32,000 bases of DNA, taken from NCBI GenBank assembly GCA_042096455.1, contig JBELLU010000015.1:332-32331 (forward strand). Direction: 5' to 3'. The DNA comes from Opitutia bacterium. Lineage in GTDB: Bacteria > Verrucomicrobiota > Verrucomicrobiia > Opitutales > Coraliomargaritaceae. Both the position numbers and the translations under genes were made by a program. Below the pieces are notes generated by a model. The model saw only the letters and a program-made list of their open reading frames with translations. It was not told the origin of the DNA and ran no database searches. The first letter of the stretch is position 1; every line of letters begins with the position of its first letter. Below are positions 15,998 through 24,995 of the stretch, in pieces.

Positions 15998-17266
15998 TCA
16001 GGCTTTGAGTTTAATCTTTATTCCGCGCCGCAAATAGGTCGGCACATCCAAATCCTCATTATTGTAGAGATTTTTATCGGTTTGATCGAAATATCCGCGC
16101 TGCGCCTCGAGGTCGACAAAGAGGAATTCATCCTGATCGGTCTCTGCCTTCTTTTTCTTCTTTAAAAGTTTCGACTCGTGAACCGCGGGCTTTTCTTTTT
16201 CCGAACCAATCGCGGTTTCCAGACCGAGGCCGCCTTCAATTTCCATCGGTTCGCGCGCGCGTTGATTCCCCCCCGCCTCAGCGGCACTCCCGGTCGATTC
16301 CAGTTCAACTTTTGCGATCAGGCAAATCTCCAGCGATTCCGTGCGCGCCGGATCGATCACCGCGCCAAAAATGATCTCCTCGGTGGATTCAAACTGCGCG
16401 CTGATCTGAGTCATCACTTGTTGCATTTTTGAGAGCCCCATTTCCGGTCCGGCAGTCAGGTGCACCAGAACGCGGTCGAGTCGACTGGGGCGCTCGGTGG
16501 TGTGCAACAAGGGGCAGTCCATCAGATCACTGAGGGCGTCTTGCATGTAATCCCCGCCAGTGGCGGCACCCGTCGCAAAGATGGTTTTACCACCCCGCCC
16601 CTGAAGGAGGTTGCGCAAGGCTCCGAAATCCTGATTTATAATTCCGGTTTCAAAGAGGAGGGCACAAATCGAGTGAATCCCCCGACCGATCCATTCATCC
16701 GCCACTGCGAATGCCGAGAGCGCGGTTTCGCTCTCATCGGTCTCCTGAAGCAAAAGATCGTTTGGAACCGGGATGAGACCGTGCAGCATACCCCGCAATT
16801 CCTCCATGCCGGAGGTCGCCAACTCCCGCCGCCGCGACCCTTCAAAGGTAAAGGGCTGCGTCGCAAAAGTTAATACCAGGGCATCCGTCTTCGCCGCCAA
16901 TTCTGCGATCAGCGCCGCCGCGACGGTCCCGGTCCCTCCCCCGAAGCCGGTTACCAGAATTAATAAATCTGCCCCCGCGACCAGGTCTTCCAAAACGGCG
17001 CGGTCGGTTTCCACTGCCTTGCGTCCGATGGAAGGATCTCCCCCCGCGCCGAGACCCCGCGTCACACTGCGACCCAAGAGTACTTTTTTGGAAATGGGCG
17101 ACTGCGCTAGTGCCTGTGCGTCGGTATTGACCACCGCGTATTCCACTTGCGGAAATCGCTCCGTCGCGATCCCCGCCAAAACATTGGAACCGCCCCCGCC
17201 AAGGCCGATCACCTTGACGCACAATGGTGACTCCAATCCCAAATCGTTCTCCGGCATCGCCTCCAT
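15998..17266 (-). CDS. ftsZ: cell division GTPase FtsZ (divergent signature)
   Basis: 422 aa. Blocks GLGGGGSN, NTDAQAL, GLGAGGDPSIG, GFGGGTGTV and PNDLLL, plus the conserved C-terminal peptide DLDVPTYLRRG. The ATG overlaps the ftsA TAA by 1 nt (TAATG). Confidence 0.95.
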   Translation of the reverse strand: MEAMPENDLGLESPLCVKVIGLGGGGSNVLAGIATERFPQVEYAVVNTDAQALAQSPISKKVLLGRSVTRGLGAGGDPSIGRKAVETDRAVLEDLVAGADLLILVTGFGGGTGTVAAALIAELAAKTDALVLTFATQPFTFEGSRRRELATSGMEELRGMLHGLIPVPNDLLLQETDESETALSAFAVADEWIGRGIHSICALLFETGIINQDFGALRNLLQGRGGKTIFATGAATGGDYMQDALSDLMDCPLLHTTERPSRLDRVLVHLTAGPEMGLSKMQQVMTQISAQFESTEEIIFGAVIDPARTESLEICLIAKVELESTGSAAEAGGNQRAREPMEIEGGLGLETAIGSEKEKPAVHESKLLKKKKKAETDQDEFLFVDLEAQRGYFDQTDKNLYNNEDLDVPTYLRRGIKIKLKA

Positions 17267-18498
17267 TATAGGGCGCCCTCCCTGCGCGAAATTCCAAGGA
17301 TATCAAACAACCCGCCCAGAATGCCTCCGCCGGTGTGCTTGTCCTGCGTGTGCTCCTGCCCCTGCAAGGCATAATCCAGTAAACCAATCACGGTGGTGTA
17401 TTCCGGCTTGCGCAGTTCTGAATCGATTCCGGGATCAAAATCCGCAAAGCGAACGCTCAAGCCCAAGACCCGCTCCGCGATTTGATCCAGTCCCTCAAGT
17501 CGTGCCGTTCCGCCCGTGAGAATGACCCCGCTCGCGATTTCTGCCGGTTCGTAAAAGCCCGCTTGCTTGATTTCCGACTTCACGATTTCAAAGATCTCGT
17601 TCACCCGCGCCTCAATAATTCGGGTCACTGCGGCCTTAGGGAGTTCCTTGTCACCAATCGTGTAGTCGCCGATGAGCCAGACCTTCTCGTTGCGGTCACC
17701 GCTTTCATAATAGGCGCGACCATTCTCAAGCTTTATCTGTTCCGCGCGTTTCCGACCGATCCGCAGACCGGCACTCAAATCATTGGTAATATGGTCCCCG
17801 CCCACCGCGATCACACCGGTGCGCACCACAAAACCACCGCGATACAAAACCCAATCCGTGGTGCCGCCGCCGATATCAATCACCAATACACCCGCGTTCT
17901 TTTCGGCCTCCTCCGCTAAAATTACCCCCGATGCCAAACTCGAGATCACGATATCGCTCACCTCCATGCCGTAACCACTGATTATGCGCAGGCAATTGCG
18001 AACCTGTGCGGTGTCGGCGTGCACCGACCAATAGCCCACCTCCAAGCGTTGCCCCTCCTGCTCAAGGGGACTCTCCACCGGTTTACCATCGAGGCGAAAT
18101 GGATTCTGAATATGGTGAATATAACTGCGTTCTTCCGGCAACTCGCGCCGTTTGGCGTCGGTCTTCGCCTGCTCCACATCAATCTGACGTACCAGGCCCG
18201 CGGCATCACTCACGGTCGCGGTGCCGACATTGAAATTCCCCTCCAAATGACGCCCGCTCAAAGCCAGGTAAACCTCGTCAATGCGCTGGGATGCTTTGCT
18301 CTCGGCGGAACCGAGGGCGGAATGGACGCAATCGCTGACCGCGCGCAAATCGCGGATTTCGCCTTTTTTGACCCCCTTGGAAGTGGAGAGGCTGTGCCCC
18401 ACAATTTCCATATTGGTATTGCCCTCCAACTTACCCAGTAAAACTGCGATTTTACTGGTGCCGATTTCCACTGCTGCAACGACTCGGGGCTGACTCAT
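17266..18498 (-). CDS. ftsA: cell division protein FtsA (actin-like ATPase)
   Basis: 410 aa. Blocks VAAVEIGTSKI and VIDIGGGTTDWVLY. Located between ftsQ and ftsZ. Confidence 0.9.
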   Translation of the reverse strand: MSQPRVVAAVEIGTSKIAVLLGKLEGNTNMEIVGHSLSTSKGVKKGEIRDLRAVSDCVHSALGSAESKASQRIDEVYLALSGRHLEGNFNVGTATVSDAAGLVRQIDVEQAKTDAKRRELPEERSYIHHIQNPFRLDGKPVESPLEQEGQRLEVGYWSVHADTAQVRNCLRIISGYGMEVSDIVISSLASGVILAEEAEKNAGVLVIDIGGGTTDWVLYRGGFVVRTGVIAVGGDHITNDLSAGLRIGRKRAEQIKLENGRAYYESGDRNEKVWLIGDYTIGDKELPKAAVTRIIEARVNEIFEIVKSEIKQAGFYEPAEIASGVILTGGTARLEGLDQIAERVLGLSVRFADFDPGIDSELRKPEYTTVIGLLDYALQGQEHTQDKHTGGGILGGLFDILGISRREGAL

Positions 18499-18598
18499 GG
18501 AACTAATTCGTAGATTTGGCTGGGGTTAACATCGATAGGTAAAACTGGCAAAAATACGGCCTGCGGGGCGAGTTAAAATTCATCCAAGTCCCAATTTT

Positions 18599-19546
18599 TT
18601 ATAAAAGTTTATCGCGCCCGCTTCTAAATTTCACTGCGGCAGCATTGCTCAGAGAAAGATCCACCCGTTCGAGGGAGTCGCGCAGACCCCGCGCGACCTC
18701 GCGGATATGCCGCAGGCGGTCGAGTTGAAGCCTGAAGTCCAGATTCGCGCTGAAAATCAGCCGGACCGATGCGTCCGCCTCCTTGCTCAAGAGCTCAATG
18801 ACTTCCCCCGGCAGGCCCGCTTCGCCACGGTAGTGCTCCAAAGAGACCACCTTCCAGGTCTGGTATTCCTCCGGGTAATTCAAACGACAGGTTTCCAGCA
18901 AGTCCGTGACGGTTTCGATGCCACGCAGGGGCTTGTAAGTTCCATCCGGATAAACAAAGGGCCCCAAATAAGGCAGGGCACGTATCACCGAGGCGTCCTG
19001 ATCCAAGCCTTCAAAAATCTCCCCTGTCCGCGAGACCAGTCGCAGTTCCTTCGATCCCGAATTGCCCTCGATGACCATGCGCATGACCGGCTGGTGCTCC
19101 ACCAAACGAATGCGCAGGGTGTGCGGCAATTCCCGCTGCACCATTGCGGAGGCAACCTGTTGATACGACTCCAGCTTCGCTTTTATGGCGTGAATATCGA
19201 CGTCGATCAAACGGGTACCCGCCGGCACATGAATGATGCCTGCCAAGCGCGCTTCACTCAGGACTCCATTGGTGTTGTAGCGAATCTCCGCCAGCGGCTT
19301 GGAATCGACCAGAGCGCCGGCTTTACCGTCTTCCTTCAACTGCGCACCCACCCAAAGCACCAGACCTCCAATCAAGCCGATATAAACAATGCCCAGCACG
19401 GCGCGCTTTAAATAAAGTAAAACCTGTCTGCGCTGAACGGTGCGGCTTTTTACCCCGCGCGTTTGGTTGGTCTGTTTGCGCAGGGCGTGCCAACTGTGAT
19501 CGCCGCGCGCGCTGCTTTCCCCCCAGTCTCTGCGTCGACCCTTCAC
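18599..19546 (-). CDS. ftsQ: cell division protein FtsQ (TM anchor plus POTRA/FtsQ domains)
   Basis: 315 aa. Basic N-terminus, one TM helix (AVLGIVYIGLIGGLVLWVGA) and a POTRA-like segment (IRYNTNGVLSEARLAG...VQRELPHTLRIRLVEHQPV). The GTG start overlaps the ddl TGA (GTGA). Confidence 0.75.
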   Translation of the reverse strand: MKGRRRDWGESSARGDHSWHALRKQTNQTRGVKSRTVQRRQVLLYLKRAVLGIVYIGLIGGLVLWVGAQLKEDGKAGALVDSKPLAEIRYNTNGVLSEARLAGIIHVPAGTRLIDVDIHAIKAKLESYQQVASAMVQRELPHTLRIRLVEHQPVMRMVIEGNSGSKELRLVSRTGEIFEGLDQDASVIRALPYLGPFVYPDGTYKPLRGIETVTDLLETCRLNYPEEYQTWKVVSLEHYRGEAGLPGEVIELLSKEADASVRLIFSANLDFRLQLDRLRHIREVARGLRDSLERVDLSLSNAAAVKFRSGRDKLL

Positions 19547-20487
19547 GATGCCCCACCCTCCATTCTTTCGGCGGCATAACGCTCGCAGCCTCCGCGAACC
19601 AGCGCCACTGCGAGTGTTTCAAAATCAAGCCCCTCACAAGCGGCGCTTTTCGGCAAGAGACTCGATGCCGTCAAACCCGGCAGGGTGTTCACCTCCAGGA
19701 AATACGGCTTCCCTTCTTCCAACAGAAAATCAATCCGCGCGAAATCACGGCAGGCACATGCCGCGAAGAGTGCCTCCGCCGCCGCTTTGATTTCAGACGC
19801 AATACCGGTATCGAGGGAGGCGGGACTGCGGTATTCCGTATCACCGGTGGTATATTTGGCGCGGTAGTCATAAACGCCGCTTTTGCTGATGACCTCCACG
19901 ATCCCCATCGCCTTGCCATCCAAAAGACCCACCGTGAGCTCGCGGCCCCGGATGCGCCGCTCGATCAACCATTCACCCGCGTGAATCTGCGAGAGCGCCA
20001 CGCCCAATGCCGAGCGGTTTTCCGCAAAATGCAAACCCACGCTGCTGCCCTGATCGGCGGGCTTCACCACAAGCGAACTGCCCAAAGTCTCGATCACGGC
20101 GTCGGCGAGGGGGTTCTTGCCGCCCTCAAAATGAATCGCCTCGGGGGTCGCAATTCCCAAATCCCCAGCGATCGCCTTGGCGCGGTCCTTCGCCATACAC
20201 AGACGGCTCGCTTCGGCATCACTGCCACAATAAGCCACCCCCGCCGTTTCTAAAAGCGCCTGCAATGTTCCGTCTTCGCCAAAGCTGCCATGCAAGGCCG
20301 GGAATACCACCGCCGTCCGCAAGTCCAGACCGGCAGGCAATGCCGCCGCTTCAAGTACCACGGTTTCAACCGCATAATGCGCCTCCAGCGCCTTTGCGAG
20401 GGCCGGCCCGCTTTGCAAGGAAACCTCTCGCTCCGCGCCCTCTCCACCGTAAAGCACCACGATGCGCTCGGGTTGAATCCTATCCAT
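19543..20487 (-). CDS. ddl: D-alanine--D-alanine ligase
   Basis: ATP-grasp blocks VLYGGEGAEREVSLQSG, ALHGSFGEDGTLQALLE, VKPADQGSSVG and FLEVNTLPGLT. Start taken at ATG 20487 (MDRIQPERIVV...), an 8-nt overlap with the murC/B stop. The track's 366-aa form extends into murC/B. Confidence 0.9.
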   Translation of the reverse strand: MDRIQPERIVVLYGGEGAEREVSLQSGPALAKALEAHYAVETVVLEAAALPAGLDLRTAVVFPALHGSFGEDGTLQALLETAGVAYCGSDAEASRLCMAKDRAKAIAGDLGIATPEAIHFEGGKNPLADAVIETLGSSLVVKPADQGSSVGLHFAENRSALGVALSQIHAGEWLIERRIRGRELTVGLLDGKAMGIVEVISKSGVYDYRAKYTTGDTEYRSPASLDTGIASEIKAAAEALFAACACRDFARIDFLLEEGKPYFLEVNTLPGLTASSLLPKSAACEGLDFETLAVALVRGGCERYAAERMEGGAS

Positions 20488-22708
20488 GCTCGCCCCCTTT
20501 CCCATTGTCCGGCTCGCCGAGCACCGTGTTCCAATCCTGTCCCAGCAACAGGACCTCCGGTTCCAAAACCTTGCCCGAACCGCGATAGACCGCCGCCCGC
20601 ACCTGCCGTACCAGTTCAATAATATCCGCCGCAGTTGCCGCACCCTTGTTTACAATGAAGTTGCCGTGTACCTCCGAGACCTCCGCATCACCCACCCGCA
20701 AACCCTTTAAACCATGCGTGTCGATTAACTTCCCGGCGTAGTCCCCCTCGGGATTCTTAAAGATACAGCCCGCGCTCGGTTCACGCGGCTGGCTCGCCTT
20801 CCGCACCGAAGCATAACTGTCCATCCGTTCGCGAATCGCCACCCCACTTTCTTTTTCGGGACTGCGCAGAATCGCCCCCAGCGCAATACCGCCGCAAATC
20901 TCCTCAACCTTCCGGTAGCCAAAATGAAACGCCTCCTTCGGCAAATCCCGCACCCGTCCATCTGCTTCCAATAACTGCACCCGCTCCACTACATCAAAAA
21001 TCCAACTCCCCATCGCGCCGGCATTCATCCGCAGCGAGCCACCCACCGAACCCGGGATCCCTTCCAGAAATTCAAACCCCGCCAAACCCGCCTTCGCCGC
21101 TTGCCCGCAGACCTCCTTCAAACGCACTCCCGCGCCCATCCAAAGACGCCCGTCATCCAGGAGGCGGCTTTTCCGCCAGAGCCCCCGGTTAAATCGTAAA
21201 ACCAGACCCGCAAATCCTTCATCGGGTACAACAATATTTGAGCCCCGACCCAGGGAAAAGACCGGCTGCTCAAATAGTTCCGCTCCCCGCAAGAGCGCGC
21301 GCAAATCGCTCATATTTTCGGGCTCCGCATAAAATGCCGCCGCACCACCGACCCGCATGGTGGTCTTGCTCGCGAGCGCTTCCCCCGTTCCCAAGGTGCA
21401 GGATCCCGAAACCCGCCGCTTCATATAATCCATCCACGCCTCGGCAGGATCAAATCCCGTGCGCACCTGCGATACAAAAGCCGCCGCAAATTGATTGATG
21501 TCACCGGCGCCCACAAAAGCGAGGGTCAGGGGTTCCTCCGACAATGCCAGCGCCAACTTTTCCATCCCGCGACGGTTCATTGTCAATACGGTCGGCGCAG
21601 TTGCCCCAAACGCCATTGTGAAATTGAGCATCTCACCCCCCGCGCGCTCGGTTTCATGCGCTGCGTAGATCGGCAACAGGAAGACCTGATCCGCCGCGCC
21701 GAGCGCCCGTGCAAAGGCATCCTTAAATTGCCGGGTTCGCGAATAACGGTGCGCCTGAAACACCACTACCAAACGGCGACCGGGTTCGACCTTTCGCAAA
21801 TGCTCCACGAGCGCTTCGATTTCGGTCGGGTGATGCGCGTAGTCCTCGTATACCGCCAGCAGGACATCGCGATGCAGACAGGTCTGCCGGCGCGCCATGC
21901 CGGGGAACTCCTGCCTGGAAGCCGATTCAATCGGGCCGGCATTCAAATATTCCAAGGCGGCTTTTGCGGCGGCGGCATTGGCGGCGTTCATCCCACTGCC
22001 CTCGACCGACCAGGTTTGACAGTGAAGATCCGGTACCACCAAGAGGGAGTCCCGCAAGCCCTCCGGCGCCAAAACGCAGCTACGGGTACGCTCCAACAAT
22101 GCCTTGAATGCCAATTCCAGAGAACGTTCATCCGGATAATGGTCGGCATGATCCCAATCCAGATTCAGCACCAGCGTCGCCTCCGGATTGAAAGCCGCGA
22201 TGGTGCCGTCACTTTCATCCACCTCCGCAACCAACCACTCGTGACCATCATATCGGAAGGGCGGGTGCGCTGCATTCGCAAAAAATCCACCGAGAATAAA
22301 ATCCGCCTGGATCCCGTGTTCGATCAAACCATGCGCAATCAGTCCGGTGGTGGTGGTCTTTCCGTGACTGCCCACCACCGCCAACAAACGGCGACCCTGT
22401 GCGACCTTTGCCAGCAATTCTCCCCGCCGCAGGACCTCCAGTCCCGATTTCTCAGCCGCTTGCAAGAGGGGGTGATCACTCGTCAGCGCACTGGAATATA
22501 CCAGCACATCAAAGCTGCCAACTTCCTCACCAAAAAGAAAATCACGGACTTCCACCCCCGCAGACTCCAACATTTCGCGCACCTCCGTCTGCAGGTAATC
22601 GTCATGCCCGCAAACCTCGCAACCTGCCGCCGCGAGCCAGGCTGCCAGTGGCGCCATCCCCATGCCGCCCACCCCGGCGAAACAATAACGTTGCTCCTTA
22701 AGCTCCAT
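20480..22708 (-). CDS. murC: bifunctional MurC-MurB fusion: UDP-N-acetylmuramate--L-alanine ligase (N-terminal) / UDP-N-acetylenolpyruvoylglucosamine reductase (C-terminal)
   Basis: N-terminal part is MurC: YCFAGVGGMGMAPLA, VVGSHGKTTTTGLIA, EDYAHHPTEI. From about residue 440 of the track ORF (nt ~21430 downward) it is MurB: TMRVGGAAAFYAEP, SLGRGSNIVV, LEGIPGSVGGSLRMNAGA. There is a single uninterrupted frame. ATG at 22708 preferred over the track's GTG at 22735. Confidence 0.9.
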   Translation of the reverse strand: MELKEQRYCFAGVGGMGMAPLAAWLAAAGCEVCGHDDYLQTEVREMLESAGVEVRDFLFGEEVGSFDVLVYSSALTSDHPLLQAAEKSGLEVLRRGELLAKVAQGRRLLAVVGSHGKTTTTGLIAHGLIEHGIQADFILGGFFANAAHPPFRYDGHEWLVAEVDESDGTIAAFNPEATLVLNLDWDHADHYPDERSLELAFKALLERTRSCVLAPEGLRDSLLVVPDLHCQTWSVEGSGMNAANAAAAKAALEYLNAGPIESASRQEFPGMARRQTCLHRDVLLAVYEDYAHHPTEIEALVEHLRKVEPGRRLVVVFQAHRYSRTRQFKDAFARALGAADQVFLLPIYAAHETERAGGEMLNFTMAFGATAPTVLTMNRRGMEKLALALSEEPLTLAFVGAGDINQFAAAFVSQVRTGFDPAEAWMDYMKRRVSGSCTLGTGEALASKTTMRVGGAAAFYAEPENMSDLRALLRGAELFEQPVFSLGRGSNIVVPDEGFAGLVLRFNRGLWRKSRLLDDGRLWMGAGVRLKEVCGQAAKAGLAGFEFLEGIPGSVGGSLRMNAGAMGSWIFDVVERVQLLEADGRVRDLPKEAFHFGYRKVEEICGGIALGAILRSPEKESGVAIRERMDSYASVRKASQPREPSAGCIFKNPEGDYAGKLIDTHGLKGLRVGDAEVSEVHGNFIVNKGAATAADIIELVRQVRAAVYRGSGKVLEPEVLLLGQDWNTVLGEPDNGKGGEHG

Positions 22709-23819
22709 CGGGTCCTCCTTCTGTCTTTTGCCCACCCGCCGTGAGGGTCAGCAAATCCTCCGCGATCATCGCGGCGGCATTGGTGGGATCAAGCCCTTGC
22801 AGCGCGCCTTCCATCCGCCCCAATTCCGCACCGTCAAAAATCAAATCCTGCACCTGCTCCAGCAAATTCCCAAGCTCGGTCTGCGGCAGCATACGCCCCG
22901 CGCCCGCCTGTACATGCGCCGCGGCATTGGCAGTCTGATGATCATCCGCCGCGTGGGGGTATGGGATTAAAATCGACGGCCTACCGCAGGCCGCCAGTTC
23001 CGCGAGGCTACCCGCACCCGCCCGGGAAACGACCAGGTCGGCTGCCGACAACAGCACCCCCATGCGATCCGAAAATTCCACCCGTGTAAAATGACCGCTC
23101 CCGCCATCGCGACTCGGGTATTGCCGGTGCTGCGCTTCCGCTTGTTTTAATCCACTAACGCAATAAATAGATATACCCGATTCCGCCAAAGCTTCAAAAT
23201 TTTTCTCCGCCCATTCATTCAAGGCACGGGCTCCCTGACTCCCGCCGATCACAAGCAATAATTTACCACCGCTTTCAAGCTCGAGGGCTGCGCGGGCGCT
23301 TGCCTTGGACATCGCTGCAATTTCCCGCCGAACCGGATAACCGAACTCCCGAAGACATTCCGGCGCGACGCCCGGCAATTCCACTCCCGCCGGGAGGTAA
23401 ACCCGCTTTGCATGGGGCGCAAACAAACGCGTCACCCGACCCGGCGCGCAATTCGCCTCGTGCATCGCGATGGGTATTCCCAGCAGTCGCGCCGCCAAAC
23501 CCGGCCCTGCCGATAGAAAGCCGCCAAAAAGAAAGACCGCTTCCGGCGCCTCACGACGTAGCAGGCGAAGCACCGACACCATGCCATGTAACAAAGACAT
23601 ACATGCCCGCAGACGCCGCATCCATCCACCCGACATCCCCTGCCCGGGAATCGCAACAAAACTGAGATCCTGATATTTTTGGGTGAGCGCCGAATCCACC
23701 GCCTTTTGGCTGACCAGCAGCAAACAACGATGACCGCCTTCCGTTAAGGCCTCCGCAAGCGCAATACCGGGCGCAAGGTGACCACCGGTTCCCCCGCAGG
23801 CAATGACGATGGTGCTCAT
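22698..23819 (-). CDS. murG: UDP-N-acetylglucosamine--N-acetylmuramyl-(pentapeptide) pyrophosphoryl-undecaprenol GlcNAc transferase MurG
   Basis: Blocks IVIACGGTGGHLAPGIALAEAL, LLLVIGGSQGA and ADLVVSRAGAGSLAELA. The ATG at 23819 overlaps the ftsW TGA (ATGA). The track's 420-aa version runs into ftsW. Confidence 0.9.
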   Translation of the reverse strand: MSTIVIACGGTGGHLAPGIALAEALTEGGHRCLLLVSQKAVDSALTQKYQDLSFVAIPGQGMSGGWMRRLRACMSLLHGMVSVLRLLRREAPEAVFLFGGFLSAGPGLAARLLGIPIAMHEANCAPGRVTRLFAPHAKRVYLPAGVELPGVAPECLREFGYPVRREIAAMSKASARAALELESGGKLLLVIGGSQGARALNEWAEKNFEALAESGISIYCVSGLKQAEAQHRQYPSRDGGSGHFTRVEFSDRMGVLLSAADLVVSRAGAGSLAELAACGRPSILIPYPHAADDHQTANAAAHVQAGAGRMLPQTELGNLLEQVQDLIFDGAELGRMEGALQGLDPTNAAAMIAEDLLTLTAGGQKTEGGPDGA

Positions 23820-24958
23820 AAATCGCGCTTGGGTTGAAGGGTTGAAAATTCCCAGGTTCGGAAACCATTTAAAATGATCCCCGTCAGGACAAACATGAAG
23901 ACCAGATTGGAGCCGCCGTATGAGATGAACGGAAGAGAAATGCCCTTGGTCGGCAGGCATCCCGTTACCACCCCGATATTAATCAATGCCTGAAGGGTAA
24001 TAAACAACAAAGCCCCCATCATGAGGAGGTATTGATACAGTCCCGGCGCGCGCTTGAGTTGCATGATCCCCACAAAAAAGAGCGTCATAAACAGCACCAC
24101 TACCCCCGCCGTAAAAAAGAATCCCAATTCCTCACCAATGATGGAAAAGATAAAATCGGTGTGCGCTTCCGGGAGGAAAGACATCTGTTGCCGCCCCTCG
24201 CCGAGGCCTGCCCCCTGTAAGCCCCCGGCACCAAAAGCCAGAATACCCTGCCACAACTGGTAGGCGCTGTCACTGCGGTTGCCCTCCACATCGAGGAACG
24301 AGGTGATGCGCGCCATGCGCACCGGATCATTGTAAACCAGCACCGCAAAACCCGTCAGTGCCGCGACCGCCGCGGGTATCAAAAATTTCAAACGCATCCC
24401 CGCCAGGAAAAGCAAGATGCCACCCACCGCGCCGCAGAGGAAGGTCGTGCCAAAGTCGGGCTCCAGGATGATCAGTCCGCAAAAAACCCCAATAATACCA
24501 CAGGGAATCGCAAAGCCCCGCAGAAACTGATCCAAATACCGCTTGTTGTTCGAGAGGTAATGAGCGAGCGCAAAGAGCAGTCCCAGTTTCCCGATTTCCG
24601 AAACCTGTAATCGCATCGGCCCGAAATCAATCCAGCGTTGCGCCCCGTTTACGGTCACCCCAATGCCCGGAATCAACACTGCCACCAAGGCGAGAAGCGC
24701 ACCCCCCGCAAGGATATAGGACAAGGGACGCAGGGCTTCCAAATTGATCAACATGGTAAATGCGCCCGCAAAACTTGCAATCACCAACCAGATGAGCTGT
24801 TTCCGCAAAAGCACCGCGGGGTCATCGTGGATGGCTTGCGACGCACTGAAAAGCGCGACCAGACCCAGAAAGGTCAGGGTGATGACCACAAGGCAAATAA
24901 ACACCCCTGCCGGCGGTAGACGTAAGAGTGCGCTGCGTCCGGCGGAATGTTGTGCCAT
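23816..24958 (-). CDS. ftsW: SEDS-family peptidoglycan polymerase / lipid II flippase FtsW
   Basis: 380-aa polytopic membrane protein with LPEAHTDFIFSIIGEELG and LPFISYGGSN blocks. Canonical position between murD and murG. Confidence 0.9.
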   Translation of the reverse strand: MAQHSAGRSALLRLPPAGVFICLVVITLTFLGLVALFSASQAIHDDPAVLLRKQLIWLVIASFAGAFTMLINLEALRPLSYILAGGALLALVAVLIPGIGVTVNGAQRWIDFGPMRLQVSEIGKLGLLFALAHYLSNNKRYLDQFLRGFAIPCGIIGVFCGLIILEPDFGTTFLCGAVGGILLFLAGMRLKFLIPAAVAALTGFAVLVYNDPVRMARITSFLDVEGNRSDSAYQLWQGILAFGAGGLQGAGLGEGRQQMSFLPEAHTDFIFSIIGEELGFFFTAGVVVLFMTLFFVGIMQLKRAPGLYQYLLMMGALLFITLQALINIGVVTGCLPTKGISLPFISYGGSNLVFMFVLTGIILNGFRTWEFSTLQPKRDL

Positions 24959-24995
24959 GCCCTACTGGATCGTCTGATTAAAAACGCTCAAGGCC

